Virus record (IMG/VR): IMGVR_UViG_3300001919_000032
Location: 1 to 43,653 of that record
Reading direction: 5' to 3' (one strand)
Source: a virus
Length of the DNA: 43,653 nt
The notes under the pieces were generated by a model. That model was not told the DNA's origin and ran no database searches. It was given only the letters and a program-made list of their open reading frames with translations. Shown here in pieces: positions 25,554-34,267 of this stretch (positions are counted from its first letter, which is position 1; each line of letters starts with the position of its first letter). A program made the position numbers and the translations under genes.

Positions 25554-25577
25554 GTTCGAATCCCACCACCCCGACCA
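25554..25577 (+). other. attP core candidate: 3' part of a tRNA gene (T-loop half, acceptor 3' strand, discriminator A, CCA)
   Basis: GTTCGAATCCCACCACCCCGACCA. The upstream sequence does not complete a cloverleaf. It lies about 270 bp upstream of the integrase. Confidence 0.6.
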
Positions 25578-25587
25578 AATCCAGGAA

Positions 25588-25616
25588 AGGAGGTGACGTA
25601 AGTTGCCTCCTTTTTC
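25588..25616 (+). terminator. Hairpin + T-run following the tRNA-like fragment
   Basis: AGGAGG tgacgtaagttg CCTCCT followed by TTTTT. Confidence 0.5.
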
Positions 25617-25724
25617 TTTGTCTTTGTCTACGCACTCTCAATAAAATCATGAGCTTATGACAATTCATAAGCGTTGTCATTGCTTATGTTTGTCTACATG
25701 ACCATGTCGTAAGCTCGAAATCTA

Positions 25725-25799
25725 TGCCACAATTATTACCACAAATAAAGCCCGTGCTTAAAAAATAGGCAGCTAAACCACGGATTTTTTTGTGGCAAT
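25725..25799. repeat. GCCACAA-type repeats (candidate arm-type sites, P' arm)
   Basis: tGCCACAAtt at 25725, tACCACAAat at 25737, and the inverted ttgtggcaat at 25790. Confidence 0.45.
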
Positions 25800-25847
25800 A
25801 ACGATTTTTTGTACAGAAAAACAATCTGTTGCGAGGAATTAGCGTTC

Positions 25848-27200
25848 ATGAGAGTGGCAAACCGAATGACTGAAAAGCGGCTGAAAGCCTTGACAGCAGA
25901 CGCTTCGTGCGGTGTTGTGCCGGGGCTTTATGTGTCTGTCAGGAGGCTCAAGGACGGTTCATACGCGAAGTATTTCCTGCTTCGTGAGCGCAGCCTGAAG
26001 CGTGTATTCACACTAGGTAAATTCCCTGAGATGACCTTGGCCGAGGCATTCGAAAAAGGAAGGTTGTGGAAAAAGAAGATTGCTGAGGGGATTGACCCGG
26101 CCAAGGAAGAGAAGGCCGCGATGGAGGCGTTGCGTCCTGCAGACCCGGGCAAAGAAGAGAACGTTCTGACTTTCGAAAAGCTGATATGGAAGTGGATCGA
26201 GTTCAATGAAAAGCGCGGCCGGTGGAAGAACGCGAACAAATCCCGGGATCAGGTTTGGACGGGGTTCTTCAGGAATCACATCCCGCAGGAGATCCGCGAC
26301 TGCCCGGTTGTGGATTTGACTCCGCAGATGTTTTGCGACGCGTTAGGAGAGAAGTGGCGTACCATGATTGACACGCCGGAGCGCATTCTCGGTGACGCGA
26401 AGCGGGCGATCGATTGGGCGATACGCTCCGAGATGGTCCCACCGATGGTGAACCCGTGCCAGGTTGTCGACGGGCGCCTTGGAGATCTGCTTCCGCTTGA
26501 TCGTCCAGAAGGAGGCCATGAGCCCGCTCTGCCGCCAAAACGCATGCCAGAGTTTTTCAAGGCTCTGATGAAGCTTGTTCCGGTGAGCCAGACGGCCAGA
26601 TGTCTCGCGTTTGCCATCCTAACGTCGGCTCGCAACACGACAGCCCGCGAGGCCACCTGGGGGGAGATACAGAAAGACGACAACGACCAGTGGCTACATG
26701 TCATTCCCCGGACTCGCATGAAGGTTAAGAGCGAGAAGATTCCGTTTGATCGAAAGACGCCGCTTTGTGAAGAGGCGGTTCAGTTGATCAGGACGGCGCC
26801 GCGGATGGGAAATGATCCGGATGACTATATCTTCCCGAATGTCAACAAGGGGCATAGCTCGCCGTTTACGCGCGACGCCGTTCGTGCGCTTATCAAGCGC
26901 ATGCATGACAAGCAGCGAAAAATCGACGGCATCGGCTGGGTGGATCCTGATCAGTTCCATGCGAAGACCGGCAAGCCCCGCATAGTGACGCTTCACGGCC
27001 TCGCCCGAGCGACGTTCAACACTTGGGCCAAGGATGCCAAGGGATACGGCCACAAGCCGTTCTCGCGCGATTTAAGGGAGAGTTGCCTCGATCACCGAAA
27101 CGAGTCCTACCAGTGTGCCTACGACCGGGAGCAGGCTCTGGGGGACATGAGGGAGGTCTATGACGCCTGGGGAAAGTTCTGTGCTTCTTTATGCCGCTAG
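25848..27200 (+). CDS. int: Tyrosine integrase (P4-type, N-terminal arm-binding domain)
   Basis: ...LKALTAD...VPGLYVSVRRLKDGSYAKYFLLR...LGKFPEMTLAEAFEKG is arm-binding-domain-like. The C-terminus has HGLARATF and a terminal Tyr region. The gene is adjacent to the tRNA fragment. Confidence 0.85.
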   Translation: MRVANRMTEKRLKALTADASCGVVPGLYVSVRRLKDGSYAKYFLLRERSLKRVFTLGKFPEMTLAEAFEKGRLWKKKIAEGIDPAKEEKAAMEALRPADPGKEENVLTFEKLIWKWIEFNEKRGRWKNANKSRDQVWTGFFRNHIPQEIRDCPVVDLTPQMFCDALGEKWRTMIDTPERILGDAKRAIDWAIRSEMVPPMVNPCQVVDGRLGDLLPLDRPEGGHEPALPPKRMPEFFKALMKLVPVSQTARCLAFAILTSARNTTAREATWGEIQKDDNDQWLHVIPRTRMKVKSEKIPFDRKTPLCEEAVQLIRTAPRMGNDPDDYIFPNVNKGHSSPFTRDAVRALIKRMHDKQRKIDGIGWVDPDQFHAKTGKPRIVTLHGLARATFNTWAKDAKGYGHKPFSRDLRESCLDHRNESYQCAYDREQALGDMREVYDAWGKFCASLCR

Positions 27201-27962
27201 TTGTTCTGTATATTTTTCTTTTTGGCTCCAAACTATGGGGATTGTCTGATAGTTATTTAATGGATTTATTACGGTGTCTTCATTAGCGGCAATTTCTTGA
27301 TCATTTATTACTACATAAAGGCGGCTTTCTTCTTTTCTGTTTATTTTTGTGTCTGTCCAAGACCACAAAATTTGCTGGGTTATGCTCTTGTTAGGGGTGT
27401 TCATAATCCTTAAAAGCCTTTCAGGATTATTTTTTGATTTTGGAATTGCAAAATCAAATTTATAAGATAATGAAGATCTGCCAATTAACTGAATATTTGG
27501 TATATATCGCACATTATTTATATCAAGCCAGTCTTTTACATCGTCAAAAAAGAAAGAAAACGCTTGTTCCTTTGATGTGTAAAACAGATCACTAACACTC
27601 AGCATTGCTTGAATAAGGTTGTTCATATGCAAGCCAAGCGAGTTTTTATCGCCAACATTAACTTTTGTAATCAACTCTCCATCTTTTTCTGTAATGCCGA
27701 AACCGCGAAGAGTTACTTCAAGCAAAGATTTCCGTTTCCCAGAGCTTAAATCAACGCCAGAGCACAACAGGTCGTTTAATATCTCTCCAGCGTCTGTTAA
27801 ACAATATTCATTTTTATTTTTAGTAATATAAATTTGAATTTTATCATTGTGCCGGTCTAAAAAAGGAGTGGTGATTTCTGTATATTCACCATGGCTGCGC
27901 TGAGCACTTTTTAGTTGAGATTTAAGCCAGTCTATATATTCATTTGCGAAGTCTTCCATCAA
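27189..27962 (-). CDS. Hypothetical protein, DUF1828/DUF1829-like (AT-rich cargo gene)
   Basis: 257 aa; ...EITTPFLDRHNDKIQIYITKNKNEYCLTDAGE... resembles DUF1828 N-domains. One sampled 60-nt line (27421..27480) counted about 23% GC; the rest of the gene looks similarly AT-rich by eye. Confidence 0.45.
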   Translation of the reverse strand: MMEDFANEYIDWLKSQLKSAQRSHGEYTEITTPFLDRHNDKIQIYITKNKNEYCLTDAGEILNDLLCSGVDLSSGKRKSLLEVTLRGFGITEKDGELITKVNVGDKNSLGLHMNNLIQAMLSVSDLFYTSKEQAFSFFFDDVKDWLDINNVRYIPNIQLIGRSSLSYKFDFAIPKSKNNPERLLRIMNTPNKSITQQILWSWTDTKINRKEESRLYVVINDQEIAANEDTVINPLNNYQTIPIVWSQKEKYTEQLAA

Positions 27963-28414
27963 AATAACTCCTCATTTCCAGAAATATCTTCTGCAAATAA
28001 AACCGCTCTTACATTGAAGCGCTTCATAAAATCTTCTAAACTTTTTTTGGGATCATCTGGATCTCGTATCCATTTAACTGGCAAAGCAACTTTGTCGCCA
28101 TATTTTTCAGAATATAAATGTATGTGTGGCGCGCCTATTTCTGTGCCATCGGGGTTTCTGTGTTCTCCATACATATCTAACCTAGCAAGAACTGTTGATG
28201 TTCTTACACGCAATTGAGCTTTTATTTTTAGAATTATTCTTTTTTGTGAAATATCAAAAATAAATTTCTCTTTTAAGCTCTTTGATTCCAAGGGAACAAT
28301 GATCGGTTCTTTCTCTAAGTGCTTGGTGGTAAAAAGCTCAGACGTTGTCCTCGTCTTTTCCGTCTCCAAAAGAACTTTAGCTCTTTCGTCAGATATAACC
28401 GCTTTTTTCATCAT
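27959..28414 (-). CDS. Hypothetical protein co-transcribed with 27189..27962
   Basis: 151 aa, ATGA-coupled to the downstream gene. Conserved-looking core: LDMYGEHRNPDGTEIGAPHIHLYSEKYGDKVALP. Confidence 0.5.
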   Translation of the reverse strand: MMKKAVISDERAKVLLETEKTRTTSELFTTKHLEKEPIIVPLESKSLKEKFIFDISQKRIILKIKAQLRVRTSTVLARLDMYGEHRNPDGTEIGAPHIHLYSEKYGDKVALPVKWIRDPDDPKKSLEDFMKRFNVRAVLFAEDISGNEELF

Positions 28415-28497
28415 TTAAGCCACCACCCAGACGTTTCTTAAGTTTCGTACGTTGGATGGTAGCTCTCTGCGGCGCTATACGACAAGTTATTTGAGAC

Positions 28498-28719
28498 TTA
28501 TACAGAGCTTGACGAACCAACAGATCTCGCCCACCTTTTAAGATCATCAACCTTAAACCTCACACACTTTGATGAGAGATAAACAGGCCTAGGAAAGCTA
28601 GGCTCATTCTTTACCTTTTTCCAAACTGTGCTCACACCGATGGAGAGCATGGCCGCAGCCTGCTTGACGTCGACCATCAGGATGCCGAAGACCGGCTCCA
28701 CATTTTTGCGCCTTCTCAT
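28498..28719 (-). CDS. AlpA-family HTH protein / excisionase candidate
   Basis: 73 aa; ...VKQAAAMLSIGVSTVWKKVKNEPSFPRPVYLSSKCVRFKVDDLKRW is AlpA/Xis-like. Confidence 0.6.
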   Translation of the reverse strand: MRRRKNVEPVFGILMVDVKQAAAMLSIGVSTVWKKVKNEPSFPRPVYLSSKCVRFKVDDLKRWARSVGSSSSV

Positions 28720-29339
28720 TTCACTTCCTCCTTCGCCTTTTCTGCAAGCTCTTTGAACTTCAGCCAGGCTTTTCTTCTCTCATGCCCAGTCGTTCCACTG
28801 GCCCTGATGACGTCAACGAAATACGAGCAGAGCCTGTATTCCTTCCACTCCATCAAGTCCAGGACGAATGGCATCGTCTTCACCACCAGATCGCCGTATG
28901 ACGGGTCCACGCTGAACTCGCAGGCAGAGCTGAAGTACCGGTTCAGGTACCACATAGACTTGTCGATGTCCTCGGCCCTGCGGCCTTTAAACGGGGAGCG
29001 CAAGATGTACTTGAAAGCGTTCCCGAGGCAGAAGCTGCAGTGCTCCGTGAGCTCGATCACCTCGCGGCTGTACCTCGTGTAATGCGCCGGATGATTAACC
29101 GGATCAGCCTTCGCCGGAACTTCCGCCGCTGTCTTGGGAGCCTCAGCCTCCGGTTCTTCTTTCCAGCGCGGCCAGTAGTCGTGCAGCGCCTGCCTGATCA
29201 CTTTCGGATCTACAGAGAACTGCACGGCGAGCTGAGGAATGGTCTTGCCAAGGCCATTGAGCTTTTTGATTTCATCGCCGTGATTCATTACAACGTCCTT
29301 CGCGTGCTCGTCCTTCGGCCAAACTTTAATCTGTCCCAT
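28716..29339 (-). CDS. DUF3310-like protein with N-terminal HTH-like region
   Basis: NHPAHYTRYSREVIELTEH...LGNAFKYILRSPFKGRRAEDIDKSMWYL matches the DUF3310 signature. Confidence 0.55.
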   Translation of the reverse strand: MGQIKVWPKDEHAKDVVMNHGDEIKKLNGLGKTIPQLAVQFSVDPKVIRQALHDYWPRWKEEPEAEAPKTAAEVPAKADPVNHPAHYTRYSREVIELTEHCSFCLGNAFKYILRSPFKGRRAEDIDKSMWYLNRYFSSACEFSVDPSYGDLVVKTMPFVLDLMEWKEYRLCSYFVDVIRASGTTGHERRKAWLKFKELAEKAKEEVK

Positions 29340-29874
29340 TTTCGTTCACCCTGAATTTCAGTTTGCTGTCGAGCAGATCCTCGGCCGCGTCGTAGTACTG
29401 CGCCCCTTTCCCCATCACATAGCGCTGAGTCGAAATGCGGCTGGGCGGAAAGTAAGACACGAGATCCTCAAACGTTGAGGCCGCCATGTGCCTCAGGTGC
29501 TTCAGCTGCGGATACAAAATCCGGCCATGGCTCAGCCAGACGTTTGCGATCATCTGGAGAAGCTGATTCTGCTGTTCGATCTCTCGCATGTAAGCCTCCC
29601 GCTGCGACTTGTCTTCAACCCACGAGGAGAGACCGTAGGCGAAGACGAGCTGCGACTTGGCCAGCCCGAGGTACGGCTTCAGGTCGTCTGCAGCCTTGCT
29701 GTACCTGATCGCGGCCAGAGGCTCGAGAAAATCGCCAGCAAAGCGGTTGATGTCGGACTCGAGCCAGTAGCCGTCGCCTTTGATGAGAAGCCTCGAAAGC
29801 GCCGAGGCCTGCCTGAGTCCGACTTCAAGATTCAGGCGGCGGTGCGGCTTGCGGGGTTTTTTGCTCTTTGGCAT
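29326..29874 (-). CDS. Hypothetical early protein
   Basis: 182-aa ORF in a tightly packed minus-strand operon. Confidence 0.5.
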   Translation of the reverse strand: MPKSKKPRKPHRRLNLEVGLRQASALSRLLIKGDGYWLESDINRFAGDFLEPLAAIRYSKAADDLKPYLGLAKSQLVFAYGLSSWVEDKSQREAYMREIEQQNQLLQMIANVWLSHGRILYPQLKHLRHMAASTFEDLVSYFPPSRISTQRYVMGKGAQYYDAAEDLLDSKLKFRVNENGTD

Positions 29875-29877
29875 GGT

Positions 29878-30501
29878 TCACTCTCTGCCAAAAAGCTTTG
29901 AGAAAAAGCCTCGCGTGTCTTTCCCTGTTTTTTCAGCCGAGTTGACCGACGCTAGGCCTCGTTCAAGCAAATCACAAGCAACGTATTTCAAATACTGATT
30001 CCGCTCAGACGACAATTTCTCCACGCGAGCAAACAGGTCTTCTGGCACAAGAATATTCAACTGCTTAAAACCCTCAGGAATCTGAGTCCTTATTGACGCT
30101 TCGGAGCTTTCAATTTTTCTCAACCTTCTTAATTCGCTATCCTCGTGTTCGTTTCGATAAGAATCAAACAAGTCGGCTTCTTTTAAAAAAGTGGCTACAG
30201 CTTGGTATGAGAGATTTGTTTTTTCTGCTATGTCCGAAACACTTTCCTTGTTTTTGTATCTTTCGACAATTTCTGTCGATTTGCGAACAACCCTAGTACA
30301 TTGCCGCCTGCCCTTTGGCAATTTTCCATCAGGCCCCGTATAAATCAAACGGTTCTCGCCTAAAGTTCGAATAACAGCGGCAATGTTGTCCGGGTTGGAC
30401 GGCTGTACCCCAGCCGCCCTGGCGCAATCGGCAAACCCATAACCCTTCTTGAAACGTGAAGTAATATCGTCAATCTGTTTTTTGGTAAATTGTTTTGTCA
30501 T
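29878..30501 (-). CDS. Putative DNA-binding protein (HTH segments plus C-terminal RHH-like motif)
   Basis: 207 aa. ...ESVSDIAEKTNLSYQAVATFLKE... is HTH-like, and ...LNILVPEDLFARVEKLSSERNQYLKYVACDLLERGL is CopG-like. Confidence 0.45.
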   Translation of the reverse strand: MTKQFTKKQIDDITSRFKKGYGFADCARAAGVQPSNPDNIAAVIRTLGENRLIYTGPDGKLPKGRRQCTRVVRKSTEIVERYKNKESVSDIAEKTNLSYQAVATFLKEADLFDSYRNEHEDSELRRLRKIESSEASIRTQIPEGFKQLNILVPEDLFARVEKLSSERNQYLKYVACDLLERGLASVNSAEKTGKDTRGFFSKLFGRE

Positions 30502-30504
30502 GGC

Positions 30505-30927
30505 TTATCTCCCCGTGCTCCCGAATCCGCCAGCTCCGCGCTCGGTCGCCGAGAGCTCGGCAACCGGCACGACCATCACATCAGGAATCGGCAGAATCAT
30601 GATCTGGGCGATGCGATCGCCGATGTGGACATGCCAGGGAGCTGTGGCGAAAAGCGGAATGCTTACCTCGCCCCTATAGTCGGAGTCGATAACCGTGGCT
30701 GGCTTCAGTACTCCGGCTTTAAGCACGCTTGATCTCGTGAAGATAAGTCCAGCGCAGCCGCTCGGAATTTCCATCGCGAGTCCAGTTCCAACAATCGTTG
30801 TTTTACCGACTTCAAGATCAATATCCTGAGTCGAGTACAGGTCCAAGCACGCAGCCCCTATTGACCCCTTTGTCGGAAGTCGAGCCAAATCGTTCAGTTT
30901 TTCGCAGTAGAGGAACACGCTACTCAT
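30505..30927 (-). CDS. dut: dUTP diphosphatase
   Basis: Carries the trimeric dUTPase motifs GAACLDLYS, IDSDYRGEV and the C-terminal GGFGSTGR. Confidence 0.9.
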   Translation of the reverse strand: MSSVFLYCEKLNDLARLPTKGSIGAACLDLYSTQDIDLEVGKTTIVGTGLAMEIPSGCAGLIFTRSSVLKAGVLKPATVIDSDYRGEVSIPLFATAPWHVHIGDRIAQIMILPIPDVMVVPVAELSATERGAGGFGSTGR

Positions 30928-31102
30928 TTTTCATGTCCTCCATGCTCTGCTTGGCTGCATAAAGAAGATCGCACAAACGGTCTATGCTTTTAGAAGATGT
31001 TAACGGAACCTGCTGAATAACCTGTTTTAAAGATCCGCTTCTAATAATGAGAATTGGATACCCATTTCCAATTTCGATTGAAAAACAGATTTCAGGATTC
31101 AT
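30920..31102 (-). CDS. Hypothetical small protein
   Basis: 60-aa ORF that overlaps its neighbours within the operon. Confidence 0.4.
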   Translation of the reverse strand: MNPEICFSIEIGNGYPILIIRSGSLKQVIQQVPLTSSKSIDRLCDLLYAAKQSMEDMKNE

Positions 31103-31308
31103 TTTTTATCTCCGTCTGATCCGAAAATGGCGGTTCCGCCGCGAAGCGTTTCTCTTAAATCGAAAAGCTTTTTCTGCGTCCTGGTGAGAAAAAGTTTTTC
31201 TAGCTCCAGGATGTCTTTTTTAGCCAGACGCACTTCAATGAGCTTGAGGGCACGGGCCGCAGAAACGCTTATTCTTCTGAAACTCTTGTAAAGCTCCTTG
31301 TCCATCAC
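31099..31308 (-). CDS. Hypothetical small protein
   Basis: 69-aa ORF, coupled to its neighbours. Confidence 0.4.
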   Translation of the reverse strand: MMDKELYKSFRRISVSAARALKLIEVRLAKKDILELEKLFLTRTQKKLFDLRETLRGGTAIFGSDGDKK

Positions 31309-31829
31309 ACGACCCTCAAAGATTTGCCAGGAGCGGAGAGCTTGGCCCCGGGGATGTCGTCGCCTTCCTTCAGATCAGCTTTCAACAGAGCTTTATTGAG
31401 CCGCGGCTCGGAAATCCAGTACTTATCCGGGATCTGAGACTCGTCGAAAATCTCGACGCTGGGGGCCGTTTTGGCCACGCTGATCCGGAAGTCCGGAGAT
31501 TCAACCTTCTTGATCCCCTGGGCAGTCATCGCGTCAAGCAGGTACTGCTTGATGTGCTTGTTGCGATTCTCCAGAGCCTTTCTGCGTTTGTAGATCGCCT
31601 CTTCTCGATCCTTCATCTGCGCGATCAGGGCCGCGCAATTGTTCATGTATCCTGCCAGAGCCACGGCCTTATCCTTGAAATCCATGGACAGGGCGTTGAA
31701 ATCATCCTCCACCGCCTTCAAGGCTTCAGGATCAACCACTTCTCCGGTTTCTTCGTCATAGCAGCTCTGGATGCGCTCAATAAGCGCGTCCATCTGCACG
31801 CTGATTTGATACAGATTTGCCATTTGCAT
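31305..31829 (-). CDS. Gp157-like protein (Siphovirus Gp157 family)
   Basis: 174 aa and coiled-coil rich. ...LYQISVQMDALIERI...ALAGYMNNCAALIAQMKDREEAIYKRRKALENR... is typical of this family and sits upstream of the recombination genes. Confidence 0.5.
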   Translation of the reverse strand: MQMANLYQISVQMDALIERIQSCYDEETGEVVDPEALKAVEDDFNALSMDFKDKAVALAGYMNNCAALIAQMKDREEAIYKRRKALENRNKHIKQYLLDAMTAQGIKKVESPDFRISVAKTAPSVEIFDESQIPDKYWISEPRLNKALLKADLKEGDDIPGAKLSAPGKSLRVV

Positions 31830-31836
31830 TCATTCC

Positions 31837-32424
31837 TTAAAACGGGATGTTTTCGTCGGGTTCGCTAGACGAGGCTTCCTGGATGGGCTCGGAAGTACGA
31901 ACGCGGAGCGTACGGTCTTTCAGCGTCGCGAGCCTCTTTTCCATCGCCTTTGCCTCGGTGGCTCGGTCGAGGATCTCGGCCGCGGTCATCTTCGTCGTCT
32001 TGTCGAACGGCGTGACGATGTTCATGCTGTACGGGTAGCGCTCGTTGCTGGGATCGTTGATCCTCTGGAGGAGCAGGCCAATCGGCTTGTCGATGAGTTC
32101 AGGAAAGCGATCAACAGGCGTCACAGTTCCGTTGCGATTCACATCTCCGCTTACAGATACAACCTCCTTCAGGCGAAGAACTGTCATGATGGCGTCCACA
32201 ATGGCGCGGTTGAATGTCGCTTCGCCATTGATCTTCTGAACGCACATCGAAATGTTGCACCGCTGTCCCTCAACAGACAGGAAGTCAAAATGCATGAACC
32301 CAGCGCCGCTGCGTGTTCTGATGAAATAAGCGTCCTTAAAAACGCCCTCATAGGCGCCGCTGATATCAATCATTTGTGCTTTTCCGACAGAGCGAGCGCC
32401 CTTAGGATCGAGAGAAAATTTCAT
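31837..32424 (-). CDS. Putative ssDNA-binding protein with SSB-like acidic C-terminal tip
   Basis: Starts at the internal ATG (32424), 1 nt after the upstream stop. The C-terminus ...SSSEPDENIPF mimics the bacterial SSB DDDIPF tail. It is adjacent to the Sak4-like ATPase. Confidence 0.5.
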   Translation of the reverse strand: MKFSLDPKGARSVGKAQMIDISGAYEGVFKDAYFIRTRSGAGFMHFDFLSVEGQRCNISMCVQKINGEATFNRAIVDAIMTVLRLKEVVSVSGDVNRNGTVTPVDRFPELIDKPIGLLLQRINDPSNERYPYSMNIVTPFDKTTKMTAAEILDRATEAKAMEKRLATLKDRTLRVRTSEPIQEASSSEPDENIPF

Positions 32425-32425
32425 T

Positions 32426-33085
32426 TCATGCTCCTTTAACGTTTGAAGTGATTCCGTAGTAGCTGCATATAGCCGCATCGACTGCAGCAAGGTCGTTGTC
32501 GATTTCTGGATCATTGAAGAGTCCCATGGGCGACTTGACGGTGTCTGACCCCGAGTTCTGCGTTGAGAAGAAATAGCGGCCATTGACGACGTGTGTTCTA
32601 AGAACTGTGGTGAACAAGCCCTCTACAACAATCTTGTCGTCCAGAAGCTTTCCGAGCGTCTTGATGCGCGTGTTCCCGAACTCGTCCGTTGCTGTGTGAG
32701 CAAGGACGTAAACCCGCTTGTCGTGATCGAGATCTGAAGCGGCTTTTGCGATATCGAATCCGGCGCCCCCGATGTCGTTGAACTTGTCGAACGATTTCTC
32801 GTTTCTCCGGTTCATGTACATATTCGCTAGGATGTACTGCCAGTCGTCGATCACGATGATGCTGGCCGTTGTCCGGTGCATGGCTTCAATAATCGTCTTC
32901 GGGTTGTCGGTTACATAGATGTTTCCGCCGTCTCCCTTGGTTTTGATCTCGTTCCAACCGGTCGGAGGGAAAGGCAGCGGCTTGCGATCTGGCTGGATCA
33001 GCAGTGTTTTCGTTGGATCCAGGTTTCTGAGCGAGCACGTCTTTCCAGACCCGCTTTCACCCAAGATCAATGTGGCATAACTCAT
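32426..33085 (-). CDS. Sak4-like RecA-fold ATPase (AAA_24-like)
   Basis: MSYATLILGESGSGKTCSLRNL carries a Walker A and VIDDW a Walker B. Size (~219 aa) is typical of phage Sak4. Confidence 0.6.
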   Translation of the reverse strand: MSYATLILGESGSGKTCSLRNLDPTKTLLIQPDRKPLPFPPTGWNEIKTKGDGGNIYVTDNPKTIIEAMHRTTASIIVIDDWQYILANMYMNRRNEKSFDKFNDIGGAGFDIAKAASDLDHDKRVYVLAHTATDEFGNTRIKTLGKLLDDKIVVEGLFTTVLRTHVVNGRYFFSTQNSGSDTVKSPMGLFNDPEIDNDLAAVDAAICSYYGITSNVKGA

Positions 33086-33184
33086 GTTTGCTCCATAAAA
33101 AAATCCGCCTGACTTGCGCCTGGCGGATCTGATGTAAAACTCTAAAATTTTCAACCTACTACAATTTGTAGTAAATTGCTTTGC

Positions 33185-34267
33185 TTAATTTGTCAGCATC
33201 TCAATTATTTTTGCTAGCCTATTAAACTGTTCTCGGAACGAATCCCTGCTGCGCTTCATCGTATCTAGTGCGTAGCCGAATTGTTTTTGCCCAATAATAT
33301 CTTCGTCAGTAAGTGCAAAAACAGGTTTAGAAAGGCTCTGGCTCATTGCTATAAGTGAATTAAAGTCAGAGATGTGAGCAAGATCATAGGCATTAAGTCC
33401 CCCTCCATTTTTAGAGCGGTTGGCATTTAAAACATCCTGAACTGTTCCCCGATCAACTATGCAATCAATTTCTTTTAATGAGGGGATTAAAACGGTATCT
33501 ATAGCCTTTCTTATCTCATTAATCCATCTGTCAAAGGATTTAGCCGGTTCTTGATTCCTAATGCGGTAGCGCTGTTGAATTGTCCCAAGAAATTGAGGAT
33601 GATTGGTAAGAGAGGAGCTTGTCCGCCCTGGTACCGATAATTTAAAGCTGTCGATTTCCTGGTGCCATGATTTAATGTGTTTTGATAGTGATGAAATTGC
33701 TTGCCAGCAGAAGAAATCCGGTGTCGTTGGCACAATGAAATAGTCGCTTGACATCAGCATTACTTCGTTAATTCCGCCAACATTGGGGCTCATATCGTAA
33801 ATAATGAAATCAAACCCGTCTCTTTCAGCAAGCGATCTAATTAAACGAGGTAATGCCCCAGGAAGGTTTCGTGTGGCGGGGATGCCAACAGCAATTTTCA
33901 AAGCAATACTTACCTGAGAGTCCATATCTGAAATATTCAGGCTCCCAGGCAAAAGATATAAATTCTCATTTTGAGTGGGGAAAAGGTTACCTTTTTCATT
34001 CCCTAAAATGTTATCTGGAGTATCCCCGTCGATTAATTGCTCAACAATAGTCTTAAGAGTAAGGTTTGCCCGGCTTCCATAAAAATTGTCAAGTCCATCG
34101 CTCATTTTCCCGTAACCCAGAACAATCCCCGTCAGGTTACATTGAGAATCCAAATCAACGAGAAGTACCTTATAACCGGCGTCCGCCAGAGCCCACCCTA
34201 GATTAAATGCGGTCGTCGTTTTGCTGACTCCGCCTTTGTGATTAAATAAAGAAATTGATTTAAGCAT
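33185..34267 (-). CDS. ParA/MinD-family ATPase, long form (orphan)
   Basis: Deviant Walker A in LFNHKGGVSKTTTAFNLG, then VLLVDLDSQCN. It is 360 aa with a C-terminal extension, appears AT-rich by eye, and has no ParB-like neighbour. Confidence 0.7.
   Translation of the reverse strand: MLKSISLFNHKGGVSKTTTAFNLGWALADAGYKVLLVDLDSQCNLTGIVLGYGKMSDGLDNFYGSRANLTLKTIVEQLIDGDTPDNILGNEKGNLFPTQNENLYLLPGSLNISDMDSQVSIALKIAVGIPATRNLPGALPRLIRSLAERDGFDFIIYDMSPNVGGINEVMLMSSDYFIVPTTPDFFCWQAISSLSKHIKSWHQEIDSFKLSVPGRTSSSLTNHPQFLGTIQQRYRIRNQEPAKSFDRWINEIRKAIDTVLIPSLKEIDCIVDRGTVQDVLNANRSKNGGGLNAYDLAHISDFNSLIAMSQSLSKPVFALTDEDIIGQKQFGYALDTMKRSRDSFREQFNRLAKIIEMLTN

Noticed and set aside
25540-25577. A complete tRNA gene.
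   Set aside because: Only the segment from the T-loop to CCA is tRNA-like. The bases upstream cannot pair with the T-stem or acceptor 3' strands, so it is treated as an attP core fragment.
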